DNA of 64,000 nt, from the NCBI RefSeq assembly GCF_035084215.1, contig NC_090342.1, positions 9,114,001 through 9,178,000 on the forward strand, read 5' to 3'. The first letter of the stretch is position 1, and every line of letters begins with the position of its first letter. Shown piece after piece: positions 12,001 through 23,078 of this stretch. This stretch comes from Heptranchias perlo (Eukaryota). The notes under the pieces are model-generated. The model was not told where the DNA came from. It did no database searches and saw only the letters and a program-made list of their open reading frames with translations. The position numbers and the translations under genes are program-made.

Positions 12001-15000
12001 TTTCACCGGGCGCGATAGCCCCCCGCCCCCCCCCCCCCCCAACGCCGGGAACCTGCAGGCCTGCTAACATCGGGCCCATGCTATCAAACTTTCCAGACTA
12101 AAAGCTTTCTGGAAAGTGCTATTACACTATCACAGAGCACAAGCTAGTCAGGTCGATGTATCCTTCCTCCCCAAAATTTGCAGCTGCATGATAGTGAATG
12201 AAACACTAATTTATGCACTTTAGTTTTAACTGTGGATGGAAGTCTAGTGAAAATGGGCCTCAAGTACCATCTCCAGCTCAATCCAAAGCAGGTTGTTCAA
12301 CTCATTGCAGTTTGTGAGAAATTGTTATATGGAAAATGGCTGCCGTGTTTGCCTACATAACGAGTGTTTGCAGTTTAAAGTTAATTTCATTGGGGATAAT
12401 TTTAACTTTGGATGATGGTGTAAACTGGGCGATATCAAATTGAATGCCCATGAAATGCTCCGCCCGATTTTCCCTCCTGATGACTTCGATGGAATGGAAA
12501 ATCAGGCATGGTGTATAATGGGCGGCTAATTCGATATTGCCCGTTTTATACCAACACCCAAAGTTAAAATTACCCCAATCGTATGTGAAGTACTTTGGGA
12601 TGTTCCTGAGAGGCATGATAAGACACGATATAAATTCAAGTTCTTTCTTTCCTTGACTTTGTGTTGAATCCAAAGTAAGCAGCAACAAACCTGGAATACA
12701 GTGTGACTCTAAAATTTCACCATTGATGTTTACCACTGATATCCAAGTAATAAGATGCTAATGTGAAGGGAAGCGGGTTTCCCAGACATCCTTATGATTT
12801 TGACGTAAGGACATTTTTTTTTGTCGGTTTCCCATCTGACTGTCAGACAGGAGACCAGCCAGGGAAAGGACGTGTTCAGTTAAGTCTTTGCTTGTATGGA
12901 TTGGGGGGGGGGGGGGGAGGGGAGCGGGCATGGGGGGCATGGGTGGGCATAGGTTGGCATGAGGGTCGTGAGTCATGGGGATGGGTGTCGGGATCGGGGG
13001 GGGCACCGCGGGGGGCTGCAATTAATGAGGGGAAGGATCGGGGGTCAGAGGATCGGAGTAGGGGGGAGGATTGGGGTCGGCGGGGAGGATCGGGGATCGG
13101 AGTGGGGGGGGGGGGGAGGATCGGGGTTGGGGGTCTGCGATCGGTGGGGGGGATCCGCGATCTGGGGGTGAGGGGGAGTCCGTGATCAGGCGTCCGCGAT
13201 CAGGGGGTGCGGGGGGGGGGGGGGGGCGGGGGAGTCCTTGATCGTTGGGGGGTTGGTGCAGGTAGGCTTGTTGGGCTTGGGGGAAGCACTCCTGCTCCTC
13301 CTGGCCCACAAGCTGTGCCTTTCTAGGTGCCTACCTTTTAAGAGGCATAAAACAGAAGGCCCAGGAATTCCACCCCACCCCGGGGTTGAAACCAGGAAGT
13401 CCAGGAAAATGGAGGCTCGAAGCCTCCTTGAAAGGTTTTAAGGCCTGGCCCACCTCCTGGGTGCGGGTTGGTCACCCGCCCCTCTTCCCGCCCTGGTGAG
13501 AACCGGAAATGGGTGGGTTGGAGGCGAGTCTGAAATGGTGGCAATTTTCAATGAACCCCCGCCCCCAACCCACCCATTTTTCACTTTGAAAATTGAGCCC
13601 ATTCTCTTTGAATGCATTTACGATTTCATTACACTTCAATGACCAGAGCAACTCTTAGCCTATAGTACCCTATAATAAATATTACCACCCATCCTGTACA
13701 CCTTTATAAAGATGCCCTCTACGTTCAAGTACTACTGCCATTAAAATCAGCAGAAAATAAACAATTAGAGACGAACAGATATTGAACAGCCCCGTTTTCT
13801 TAATGTAAAAGAGATTTAAAAGCTACAAAAAAGTTATTTTTTTTCTGGCTGACAAACTATAGATCTTAACAATGCCCATAAATACTTTTCATGCTTGATT
13901 CTAAAAACTTTTTAATTACCAAAATATTCAAGACGTAATTTGAAAATACAGTGCCTCATAAAGGACATGATGTCGTGGCTGGCAGAGCTGCTTCCCACAT
14001 AGTGAGTTATCACCAGGACACTGCAATGTTTCTGCCTAAAGTACTTTAGCCAGTTGCAGATCACAGTTGACTTGCCACAGCCTTTTTCTCCACAAAGCAA
14101 TAGGACAGATTTACACAGGGACACCGGCTTTGGTCTGCAAATCAAAAAGAATCAAAAAGAGATCAACAAATGTCTTGTTAGCCATTTTTACACCACGTCA
14201 TAAGTGGTACCTCTGCAGTAAATAAATTAGTGCTAGGCAAACATTAAAACCCTCTATGTATCATTCGAACACAATGGCCAGGGTGATTTCCTGAAGCATA
14301 GACAATTAGCTGCTAATAAATTAACTGTTTGAATTGGATTTCTTGGACACAGTAGCATTGATTATTTCTCATAAAAATAGCATTAGTTTTAAATGGAACA
14401 TTTTACTACGTTAAAGGCGCTATATAAATGCAAGTTGTTGGTGTTGCGAGAATGGAAAGAAATCGATTTGCATTCATAACTATTGCTTCACACACAAGTT
14501 CTCCATCATTCTTTGCTGCACTCTTAGTTGTGATAGATTTGCACTGCTTGACAAATTAAATCACTGCTGTGGCAGTATTAGCACCAAGTGTCAATTATTA
14601 CAAAAGAGCATATGAAAACTAACAGTGAGGAGAAGTAGTGAGAGAATAAACAGTGAGAATATAATAGAGCAAGACCAAGAAGGGAATTCAGAATTTAATG
14701 CCACAGAGTTCAATAATCTAATATCATGTTAATCAACATTACAACTGTACAGTCCTGGGACAAAATTCAAGCCCTTCACTTTATATCTACTGCACCTTGG
14801 CTTCATGGTACTTAAGACAGTGGTACGTTTAAAGTCAGTGAATCCGCTGTTAACTTCAATTTGAACGTCATGTTGAGAAGAAAGGGCAAATGTGTTCAGA
14901 ATTCCAAAAACCTTCTGTGTTTCTGCTGTTTCCACAAAAACTTTGTAATACCTTTGAGCAAAGGCTTCATGATAAGAAAGTTCAAGATAACTTTCATGAT

Positions 15001-18000
15001 CTGAAAGAGAGAACATTCCTGGCAAGGTTCATTTTGACCAATGCTATGACAATACTTCCTAATACTTAATATACACTACTTTCTGTTCAATTAAAACTGA
15101 GACTATCTCATGCTGTAACACATCTTTAATTATTTTATTGCAAATATACTCTATAAAGTCAATGTTCCTCTACATCCATCTTCAGTCTCACAGTAACACA
15201 CACAAATCAAAATCTCCTTAAGGGTCTATAGCAGATATCAGGCCAGGTATTTTACTCAGTTCTTGCACCATTTGCACAATGCTCATAGACTATTTTTTCA
15301 CCTTGGTGCTGATTTTATAATGCAGTGATTTCCAAGACTAGGCTTGGATCAGCCATTCTCGCGATTTCCCTTGTGGAAGTTCCCTGCACAGATGGTTTTA
15401 GATGCAAGGCTGATGTGTACTATTCTGTATGGAATGTTTAAGGTGAATGTTTTGAAGCAAGAATAAATGAAGTTAATTCTCAGACATATTACTGTCTCTA
15501 GCTTTACGAATCTGTCAAAAGGATGAGGAAGGAATTATCCTTCCATCATGATGTTCATTCCTGTCTAGTGACACCATGAATAGAGGATGCTGTTCACATT
15601 CCATTGTCCCTACTCACAACACTACCAACATTAAAGGGGAAGAAAAGTCATGGGGCAGTACTTTTTCTTCAAAATGCTCCCTGTCTTATAGACTAAAATA
15701 ATAGATGTCAAACAAAATTCTTGAGTTATTAATTCATCTTATTAAAATTTTGTTCAGGGTTTTCTTTCCCCTTTCATTTGATAATGTAATCATGGCATGA
15801 TGCAGAGTAATTAATCTAACCACAGTAAATCTTCCCAAGTCCAATTTCAAACAATGTATGGGAAGTTATCTACCAGACTCAGTTATATTGCACTTTAAGA
15901 CAATGGGCATGATTTTAGCACCCGCTATCGGGTGCGTTCCTGGCGGGGGGCTCCGAAAATCGGAGAATCCCGGCGCGGTACCGGAGCCCGCCCCGAACCC
16001 GCGCACTTCCAGGTTCCCTGCTGACGCGCCGGCGTGCGCGCGCAGCCCCCGCTGGTGGGAATCCCGCAGGCAATTAAAGCCAGCGGGGTTCCACTTGAAG
16101 GTATTTATTTCGGTACTTCAGGTCATTAACTGACCTGATTAAAGGATTATGTGGGATTTTAGAGCAAACTGGGACTGTTTCCCACACTGGGGGAAACACT
16201 CCCAGGTCAAATGGACGTGTTGCAGCTGTCAGCCTGTGGCAGCTGCAAAGGTCCATTTGACACGTGGGGGGGGGGGGGGGGGAAGACCCTCACCCATTGC
16301 AGGAGGCCATTCTGTCACTTGGGACAAAGTTTGGCCTCCACCACCCTCCTCCTGACAGTCAAAGTCACCAACCTGCACACTTACCCTGGGGTCCAGAGAC
16401 ATGTACCTACCTTGCGGACCCCCTCAGATGTACATCTTGCGGATGGGGGCCGCCGTAGCTGCAGTCATGACCTCCTCGGAGGGCGAACAGCATCATCAGC
16501 CTCACCAGCCTCGCCATCCACCTCTGACACGTGGAGCTCCACAACAGAGCGCTGTGACACATCCACCTGTACAGCAGGAGGGAGGGCTACCACAGAGAGA
16601 GATGCGTCGCAGAGGGCACTACCCTTGCCACTGGGTCCACAGACCGAGGCTCAGCTTCCTGGACCTCTCTGAGCAGCAGTGCACATGGAGGCTCAGAGGC
16701 ACTCGAGGCGCCCCATCAGTCTACTCTCAATCATCAGCAAAGTGATGGAAGGTGTCGTCGACAGTGCTATCAAGCGGCACCTACTAACCAATAACCTGCT
16801 CACCGATGCTCAGTTTGGGTTCCGCCAGGACCACTCGGCTCCAGACCTCATTACAGCCTTGGTCCAAACATGGACAAAAGAGTTGAATTCCAGAGGTGAG
16901 GTGAGAGTGACTGCCCTTGACATCAAGGCAGCATTTGACCGAGTGTGTCATCAAGGAGCCCGAGTAAAATTGAAGTCAATGGGAATCAGGGGGAAAACTC
17001 TCCAGTGGCTGGAGTCATACCTAGCACAAAGGAAGATGGTAGTGGTTGTTGGAGGCCAATCATCTCAGCCCCAGGGCATTGCTGCAGGAGTTCCTCAGGG
17101 CAGTGTCCGAGGCCCAACCATCTTCAGCTGCTTCATCAATGACCTTCCCTCCATCATAAGGTCAGAAATGGGGATGTTCGCTGATGACTGCACAGTGTTC
17201 AGTTCCATTCGCAACCCCTCAGATAATGAAGCAGTCCGAGCCCGCATGCAGCAAGACCTGGACAACATCCAGGCTTGGGCTCATAAGTGGCAAGTAACAT
17301 TCGCGCCAGATAAGTGCCAGGCAATGACCATCTCCAACAAGAGAGAGTCTAACCACCTCCCCTTGACATTCAACAGCATTACCATCGCCGAATCCCCCAC
17401 CATCAACATCCTGGGGGTCACCATTGACCAGAAACTTAACTGGACCAGCCATATAAATACTGTGGCTACAAGAGCAGGTCAGAGGCTGGGTATTCTGCGG
17501 CGAGTGACTCACCTCCTGACTCCCCAAAGCCTTTCCACCATCTACAAGGCACAAGTCAGGAGTGTGATGGAATACTCTCCACTTGCCTGGATGAGTGCAG
17601 CTCCAACAACACTCAAGAAGCTCGACACCATCCAAGATAAAGCAGCCCGCTTGATTGGCACCCCATCCACCACCCTAAACATTCACTCCCTTCACCACCG
17701 GTGCACTGTGGCTGCAGTGTGTACCATCCACAGGATGCACTGCAGCAACTCGCCAAGGCTTCTTCGACAGCACCTCCCAAACCCGCGACCTCTACCACCT
17801 AGAAGGACAAGAGCAGCAGGCGCATGGGAACAACACCACCTGCACGTTCCCCTCCAAGTCACACACCATCCCGACTTGGAAATATATCGCCGTTCCTTCA
17901 TTGTCGCTGGGTCAAAATCCTGGAACTCCCTTCCTAACAGCACTGTGGGAGAACCGTCACCACACAGACTGCAGCGGTTCAAGAAGGCGGCTCACCACCA

Positions 18001-21000
18001 CCTTCTCGAGGCCAATTAGGGATGGGCAATAAATACTGGCCTCGCCAGCGACGCCCACATCCCGTGAACGAATGAAAAAAAATGTAGTCGTGGACATCTG
18101 CAGCCTCTTTCATGCTGAGCTGCTCCTGGCTGGCCCGAGCACCATCTTCTTACCTGTCGCTGTCAAAGTCACCACTGCCCTCAACAACTTCTCCTCCGCA
18201 TCCTTCCAGGGTGCAACCGGGGACATCGCCGATATCTCTCAGTCGTCTGCGCAAAAGAGCCCTGCAAATACACCTACTCCCACTCTGCAGTGACACAATG
18301 GGTGGCATCAGTTGTGGGTCCACATAGTGATCCTCAGGAGAGGGCATTATTGCACAAACCAGACAGGATTCGCGAAGACATGGCAGTAGTGGTGCCAATA
18401 TAATATGTGATGTGAGTTGGTCAGAAATTCAATATAAGTAACAACCATGACAAACCCTCAGACACCCTTGTGCATCCCCTTCATGCTCACGACACGTTTG
18501 CCTTACGCTGCCTACTGCACATATGTAATGCATGCCCTGTGGCTGCAGCACAGGTAGTGGCAGGTTGAGTGAGGCTGGCCGTGAAAGAGATGCACAAGAG
18601 GGTGAGTATGAGAGAGAGCCATGAGATTGTATGAGGATTGGGTTGAGTGGTAGTGGCGGGATGAGTACTGGCGAGGTGAGTAGGTGCAGGTAAGATGAGG
18701 ATGAGGTTTGAGTGGGTATGAGGGGTGATGTGACAGAGTTGTGTTGGCAGTGCTGAAGGAGATGTGGGGTGGGGGCAGTGATGTGGCAGACAGAGTGTAG
18801 GGGAATGACTACGTGTACTCACTTTGGCTGACCTACTGAGGTCATTGGAGCGCCTCCTGCACTGTATGCAGATGGGCGATATGTTGGTTGCGCTGGTGAC
18901 CTCCTCTGCCACCTCGAGCCAGGCCTTCCTGGTGGCAGAGGCAGGCCGCTTCCTCCCGCACGCCGGGAGGAAGATCTCTGTCCTCTCCCTCCTCCTCACC
19001 CTATGTATTGATACCTGGAGTGAGGCATCATTAAACTGGGAGCAGCCTTCCCCCTGGGCTGCTCCATGCTGTAATTTTTGCTATTTGTTGCAGCATCTGT
19101 CAGTGGAGGACTGCCCCTTTAAATAGAGCGCCTCCAGCTGACAGATCTTACTGCACATGCGCAGCCCGCCCGATGCGCAGATCAGCAGTGGGGAACCCGG
19201 AGGAGCAGGTAAGTGGATCCAATTAGTGGATTGGATCCTACAATCGCGCGGGAAACTGACTAATTTCACCAGGCGCGTTACCCACGCGCCCGATAGCCCC
19301 CCCGCCGAGAACCCGCAGCCCTGCTAACATCGGGCCCAATATGTATGTAATATGCAAAACAATTTCATTTCATTTTTTAAAAAACTTAAATAAGGTCTAT
19401 CTCTATTTATTTTCAATGAATTTGTTATATTTCAAAATGTTGGTATTAAATAGAGAACTTGCAATAAGAGACATCCCACACCTTGACGTTCACAAGATCA
19501 CAATGAGGAAGGTCATTTCACCAATCTTAATTCACCCATCCAGAAAGACCCTCCAGTCTGCCCATTGCTGCATCTAATTATTCCTTAACTGATCCCAGGG
19601 TTTTCAACCTTAATACTTTATCTGGAAGTTCATTCCAAGTGTTGATCAGTCTTTGTGAAGAAAAACAAGCTGGTATCAGTACCAAAATTACCTTTTACTG
19701 GCTTGAACCTGTATCCCCTTGCCCTATTCCCATAGTTTGATTTAAAATAGGATTCCAAATAAACCTTTTCCATTCTGTTAGCTATCTTCTGTAGCTCTAT
19801 AAGATCACTTCTCTGATGTCTCCTTTCCAGGCTAAAAAGCCCCAATTCCTCCAGCTTTTCTTCACAACGCATACTCCTGACACTAGGGGCTCGAATTTAG
19901 CAGGCCTGCGGGTTCCCAGCGGGTGGTCCTCCGGGAGCGTCGAAAACGCGAACGGCGAAATTAGTGGGTTGCCCACGCGATCGTAGCAGGCAATCCACTA
20001 ATAGGATCCAATTACCTGCTCCTCCGGGGTCCACGGCGCTGGCCTGCGCGTCGGGCGGGCTGCGCATGCGCAGTACGATCTGTCAGCTGGAGGCTCTCTA
20101 GTTAAAGGGGCAGTCCTCCACTGACAGATGCTGCAACCAATGGGACAAATTGCAGCATGGAGCAGCCCAGGGGGAAGGCTGCTCCCAGTTTAATGATGCC
20201 TCACCCCAGGTATCATCAGATGGGGTGAGGAGGAGGGGGAGGACACAGATCTTCCCCCCGGCGGGCGGGAGGAAGCGGCCTGCCTCTGCCACCAAGAAGG
20301 CCTGGCTCGAGGTGGCAGAGGGGGTCACCTGCGCCACCAACATATCGCCCACCTGCATACAGTGCAGGAGGCGCTGCAATGACCGCAGTAGGTCAGCCAC
20401 AGTGAGAACACGAAGTCTTTCCCCTACACTCCGTCTGCCACAACACTGCCCCCACCCCAAATCTCCTTCGGCACCGCCAACACTATTCTGTCACATCAGC
20501 CTTCATGCCCACTCACACCCCATCCTCATCTTACCTCCACCTACTCACCTCGCCAGTACTCATCCTGCCACTAACACGCGACCCAATCCTCATACAATCT
20601 CATGGCTCCATCCCATACTCACCCTCTCGTGCATCTCCCTCACGGCCAGCCTCACTCAACCTGCCACCACCTGTGCTGCAGCCACAGGGCATGCATCACA
20701 TATGTGCAGTAGGCAGGGTAAGGCAAACGTCTCGTCAGCATGAAGGGGGTGCACAAGGGTGTCTGAGGGTTTGTCATGGGTGTTACCCATATTGAATTTC
20801 AGAGCAACAAACAGCACACATTATATTGACACCACCACTGCCATGTCTCCGCGAATCCTGTCCATTGTGTCCAATAATGCCCGCTCCTGGGTATCACTAT
20901 GAGGACCCACCACTGATGCCACCCATCGTGTTACTGCAGAGTAGGTGCAGGTGTATTTGCAGGGCTCGTCCGCGCAGACGACTGAGAGACATCGGCGGTG

Positions 21001-23078
21001 TTGCCGGCTGCACCCTGGAAGGATGCGGAGGAGAAGGTGTGGAGGACAGTGGTGACTTTGCCAGCGACAGGTAAGCAGTTGGTGCTGGGGCCAGCCAGGA
21101 GCAGCTCGGCATGAAAGAGGCTGCAGATCTCCACGACTACATGTCGAGCGAATCTGCGCCTCCCTGTGCACTGCTGCTCGGAGAGGTCCGGGGAGCTGCG
21201 CCTCGGTCTGTGGACCCTGTGGCGAGGGTAGTGCCCTCTGCGATGCGTCTCTCTCTGCGGTAGCCCTCCCTCCTGCTGTGCAGGTGGGCGTGCAACCACA
21301 CCGTGTTGGGGGGATCCACGTCTCTGCGAGGCTGCTGGTGGTGGTCATGCTCTTCGTCCTCCGAGGGTGTCCACACACCACCCAACTGGCAGGTGTTGAT
21401 CTGAGGGGTTGTGCAGGGTAGGTGTGTGGGTCCTCGGACTGGGGCTGCGGTTTCGTGTCGGTCTGTCCTCTGGCTTGGCCGGCGGGTGGTGGGGGGCAGG
21501 GGTTGCCCTGTGTGACGCGGTGGCCTCCTGCGTGGGTGAGGGCGCTCCCCCGTGGAGCGCACCTTGGCACCTGCCACAGGCTGCTGGCTGCAACACGCCT
21601 GGTTTGAAGGGTCCTGTTTCCCCCAGTGTGGGAAACTGACTGCTTTGACCGTAAAATCCCACACTTCCTCTTTTGACAGCTGCTTCAGCTCATTAACTGA
21701 CCACAACGAGCAAGTTAAGTGCTCTCAAGTGGAACCCCGCTGGCTTTAATTGCCTGTGGGATTCCCACCAGCGGGGCTTGCGCGCGCAGCCCCGCACGTC
21801 AGCGCGGTACCCGGAAGTGGCCGGGATTTCGTCCGAATCCGGTCACGTGATCGGAGATCGGGATTTTCGGGGCCCCCCCGCTGGAAACCCGCAGGTAACC
21901 CGACCCTAAAATCGAGCCCTAGGGGTCGGCTTCGTGACTCTTCCAGCTCACAATAGCTGGAAAGTTACTCATTCTCAGCAGGTAAGGAATTGAATGATCC
22001 ATTTTTAGTGAGAATACTAAAAAAGCCGTCATAACATACAAGATAACACTTTGACTACACAGGGTATAAAGCAGAATAAAATTTGGATACGGTTGCATTT
22101 TCTTCAATGTATTGATTTTTTTTCAGTGTATTGACTGAAGAATAACTTCCAATCCTTATCCTTCAGGAAGAAGTTGTTTCAGTACCGCCAGTGCCCAATT
22201 GTGTTACCAGCTGAGCCAAGAATAGAACTGTGCTTGGCCCTCTTACAAGCACACGTGATAAACTTACCTGTATGCACAGGAACTAAATCCATGGGATACA
22301 ACTTGTCAATGGCAGCTCTGCAGTCTTTCAATACTGCTTCTCCTAATTCTTCTATTGTCCTAAAATATTTGATAGGTAATCCTTTATTGACTATCTTTGT
22401 CTTCAGTTCCCTTATCTTCAGTTTCTCGTAATGATCTCCACTGTTATATTTACGCTCTACCAGCTCCCTTTCATCCTGTGGGGCATTCAGAAGTATATCA
22501 TCAGCATACCGAGAATCTCGGAAATAAAAGAAACTGAACCCAGTGTCATTTAGAAAAGCTGCTTCGATTATCTCAAGCTCCATCAGACTGCAGTTTTGGT
22601 AATTTTCATGCAATATCCAAGAATAGCCATTTTTTGCTGCGATACATATATTCCTTTCTACGTTGGATAAACCTTGCATTTCCGACCCACTCGTTGGAAA
22701 GCACTCTGCATTCGGTGGGCAATACTCACCATATTTCTGGCCTAACATGCATACGAAGAAAGGTGAGCAGTTGGTGATGAAGTCTAGTCTAGCCTTTAGC
22801 TGGTAGGAATCTGTGTTCTGCTGATGCTGTCCCGAGTGTGGTGTCCACTGCGGATCTAATACTTTAAAACAGCTTCTTCTGGTATTACAGAAATCACTTA
22901 GAAGAGGAAAAATATCATTCTCCAAATAGTTTCTTTCCTCTTGAAAATCCTCAGATGTTGAACAGAGAAGTACCTTAATGGGGGGTCTGTAGATGCAATC
23001 GGGCTGGTGTACAAGATCTTCATTTTCCTCTGCCTTAGAGTTCCTCAGATTTTTGAAACATTCATTCACTGTACGCAT
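57..23078 (-). CDS. TTC41: Tetratricopeptide repeat protein 41-like (DUF4062-like N-terminus + NACHT-type NTPase), 5' part; continues beyond left edge
   Basis: Six GT-AG exons with compatible phases: 23078-22268, 15000-14796, 14134-13920, 6167-6004, 5303-4835, 296-57 (2104 nt, about 701 codons, no stops). N-terminal CSTSEDFQEERNYLENDIFP motif, Walker A GEKGCGKS, Walker B CVLVLDGVD. Head-to-head with HSP90B1, as for mammalian TTC41/GNN. Confidence 0.85.
462..1003. mobile_element. MITE-like element with a SINE nested inside
   Basis: GGGTAAATTTTGTGAGG at 462 is the inverted match of CCTTGCAAAATTTACCC ending 1003; no clear TSD. Confidence 0.5.
530..950 (+). mobile_element. tRNA-derived SINE with L2-type tail (DeuSINE/SacSINE1-like)
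   Basis: A box TGGCTCAGTGG, B box GGTTCAAGTC, tail gtgaaaggcgctatataaatgcaagtctttcttt; homologous inverted copy at 60421-60800. Confidence 0.8.
1588..2118. mobile_element. GC-rich non-autonomous DNA-transposon remnant(s), Harbinger-like ends
   Basis: Ends GGGCCTAGAAATT / AAAATTGGCC; shares GCCCGCCATATTGG and an inverted GCTCATYACGAGCC motif with 6680-6786. Confidence 0.5.
2195..4510 (-). mobile_element. Degraded CR1-group LINE (family B) interrupted by a family A CR1 tail
   Basis: Collinear with 25327-27592 (INDLP, FADD remnants); interrupted at about 3946-4393. Confidence 0.8.
3946..4393 (+). mobile_element. CR1 LINE (family A) 3' fragment
   Basis: LSYAERL...RGDLIEMYKI...FFTQRVVNLWNSL and cttatgtt repeat tail. 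Confidence 0.88.
5737..5773 (-). ncRNA. Minimal type I hammerhead ribozyme motif (antisense twin)
   Basis: Reverse complement reads TCGC-CTGACGA-A-GGAGG(AAG)CCTCC-GAAA-GCTT-GTGA; stem I keeps pairing through a G-U. Confidence 0.78.
5783..5819 (+). ncRNA. Minimal type I hammerhead ribozyme motif
   Basis: TCAC-CTGACGA-A-GGAGG(AAG)CCTCC-GAAA-GCTT-GTGA: stem I, intact core, 5-bp stem II, self-complementary stem III region. Confidence 0.8.
6285..6786. mobile_element. GC-rich non-autonomous DNA-transposon remnant(s)
   Basis: Ends GAATTTCTAGCC, inverted relative to the GGCCTAGAAATTC end at 1589; shares internal motifs with 1588-2118. Confidence 0.45.
6860..7060 (+). mobile_element. Degenerate second-family Penelope pLTR with two decayed hammerhead motifs
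   Basis: CTGACAA-AAGGGT..ACCC-GAAAC at 6869-6894 and a more decayed motif near 6961-6989, followed by the gacctgctg...cagcattt tail also seen near 51020 (minus) and 58760. Confidence 0.5.
8483..9677 (+). pseudogene. Disrupted Harbinger (HARBI1-like, DDE_Tnp_4) transposase
   Basis: Motifs FFASGSFQ, GVIDCT, NRKGYHSMNAQLICD, YPGSCHD, LLGDKGYP, RSTIEQAIGVLKMRFRCL, CCALHN are split by a TAG (8959-8961) and frameshifts near 8585, 9090 and 9465. Confidence 0.92.
9980..11816 (-). CDS. Harbinger Myb/SANT-like (trihelix) DNA-binding protein, 3 exons, 465 aa
   Basis: Exons 11816-11577, 11253-11094, 10977-9980, GT-AG, phases 0 and 1, open throughout. Motifs RF....LL..V, AW.EVA..V, RTW.QCRKRFNDL, TGGGP. 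Confidence 0.85.
12392..12576. mobile_element. Hairpin MITE
   Basis: About 60-bp imperfect TIRs GGGGATAATTTTAACTTTGG... / ...CCAAAGTTAAAATTACCCC around a short spacer. Confidence 0.8.
12764..13600. mobile_element. One-ended GC-rich non-autonomous Harbinger-like element with G-rich internal repeats
   Basis: Right end AAAATTGAGCCC resembles the Harbinger TIRs in this window; internal GGATCGGGG-type repeats 12900-13250; no left TIR found. Confidence 0.55.
15905..19337 (+). mobile_element. Non-autonomous Harbinger deletion derivative (copy 2), interrupted by a LINE
   Basis: TIRs GGGCATGATTTTAGC / GCTAACATCGGGCCC; TSD AAT (15902-15904, 19338-19340); remnants of transposase 5' part and Myb exon 1. 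Confidence 0.92.
16707..18081 (+). mobile_element. 5'-truncated CR1-group LINE (family B), RT domain and 3' tail, nested in Harbinger copy 2
   Basis: QFGFR, LDIKAAFDRV, GVPQGS, FADD in ORF 16679-18019; A-rich tail; Harbinger sequence resumes exactly (cactcga | atgtagtcgtgg). Confidence 0.92.
19480..19883 (-). mobile_element. Old CR1 (family A) 3' fragment
   Basis: EEKLEELGLFSLERR..RSDLIE in ORF 19630-19872. Confidence 0.75.
19887..21919 (-). mobile_element. Non-autonomous Harbinger deletion derivative (copy 3), inverted orientation
   Basis: TIRs GGGCTCGAATTTAG / CTAAAATCGAGCCC; TSD TAG (19884-19886, 21920-21922); same internal deletions as copy 2. Confidence 0.92.

Larger units (their letters stand above)
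7943..12077 (+). mobile_element. Full-length PIF/Harbinger DNA transposon (copy 1)
   Basis: Imperfect TIRs GGGCTTGATTTTACC / GCTAACATCGGGCCC; 3-bp TSD ATG (7940-7942, 12078-12080); convergent transposase and Myb/SANT genes. Confidence 0.93.

Noticed and set aside
12758-13544. Gly/Pro-rich ORFs
   Set aside because: Products of G-rich low-complexity repeat sequence with no domain signal.
16401-18019. Apparent Harbinger transposase-reverse transcriptase fusion gene
   Set aside because: The transposase frame (16401-16745) and RT frame (16679-18019) differ; this is a 5'-truncated LINE inserted into the transposon, and the listed start is not an ATG.
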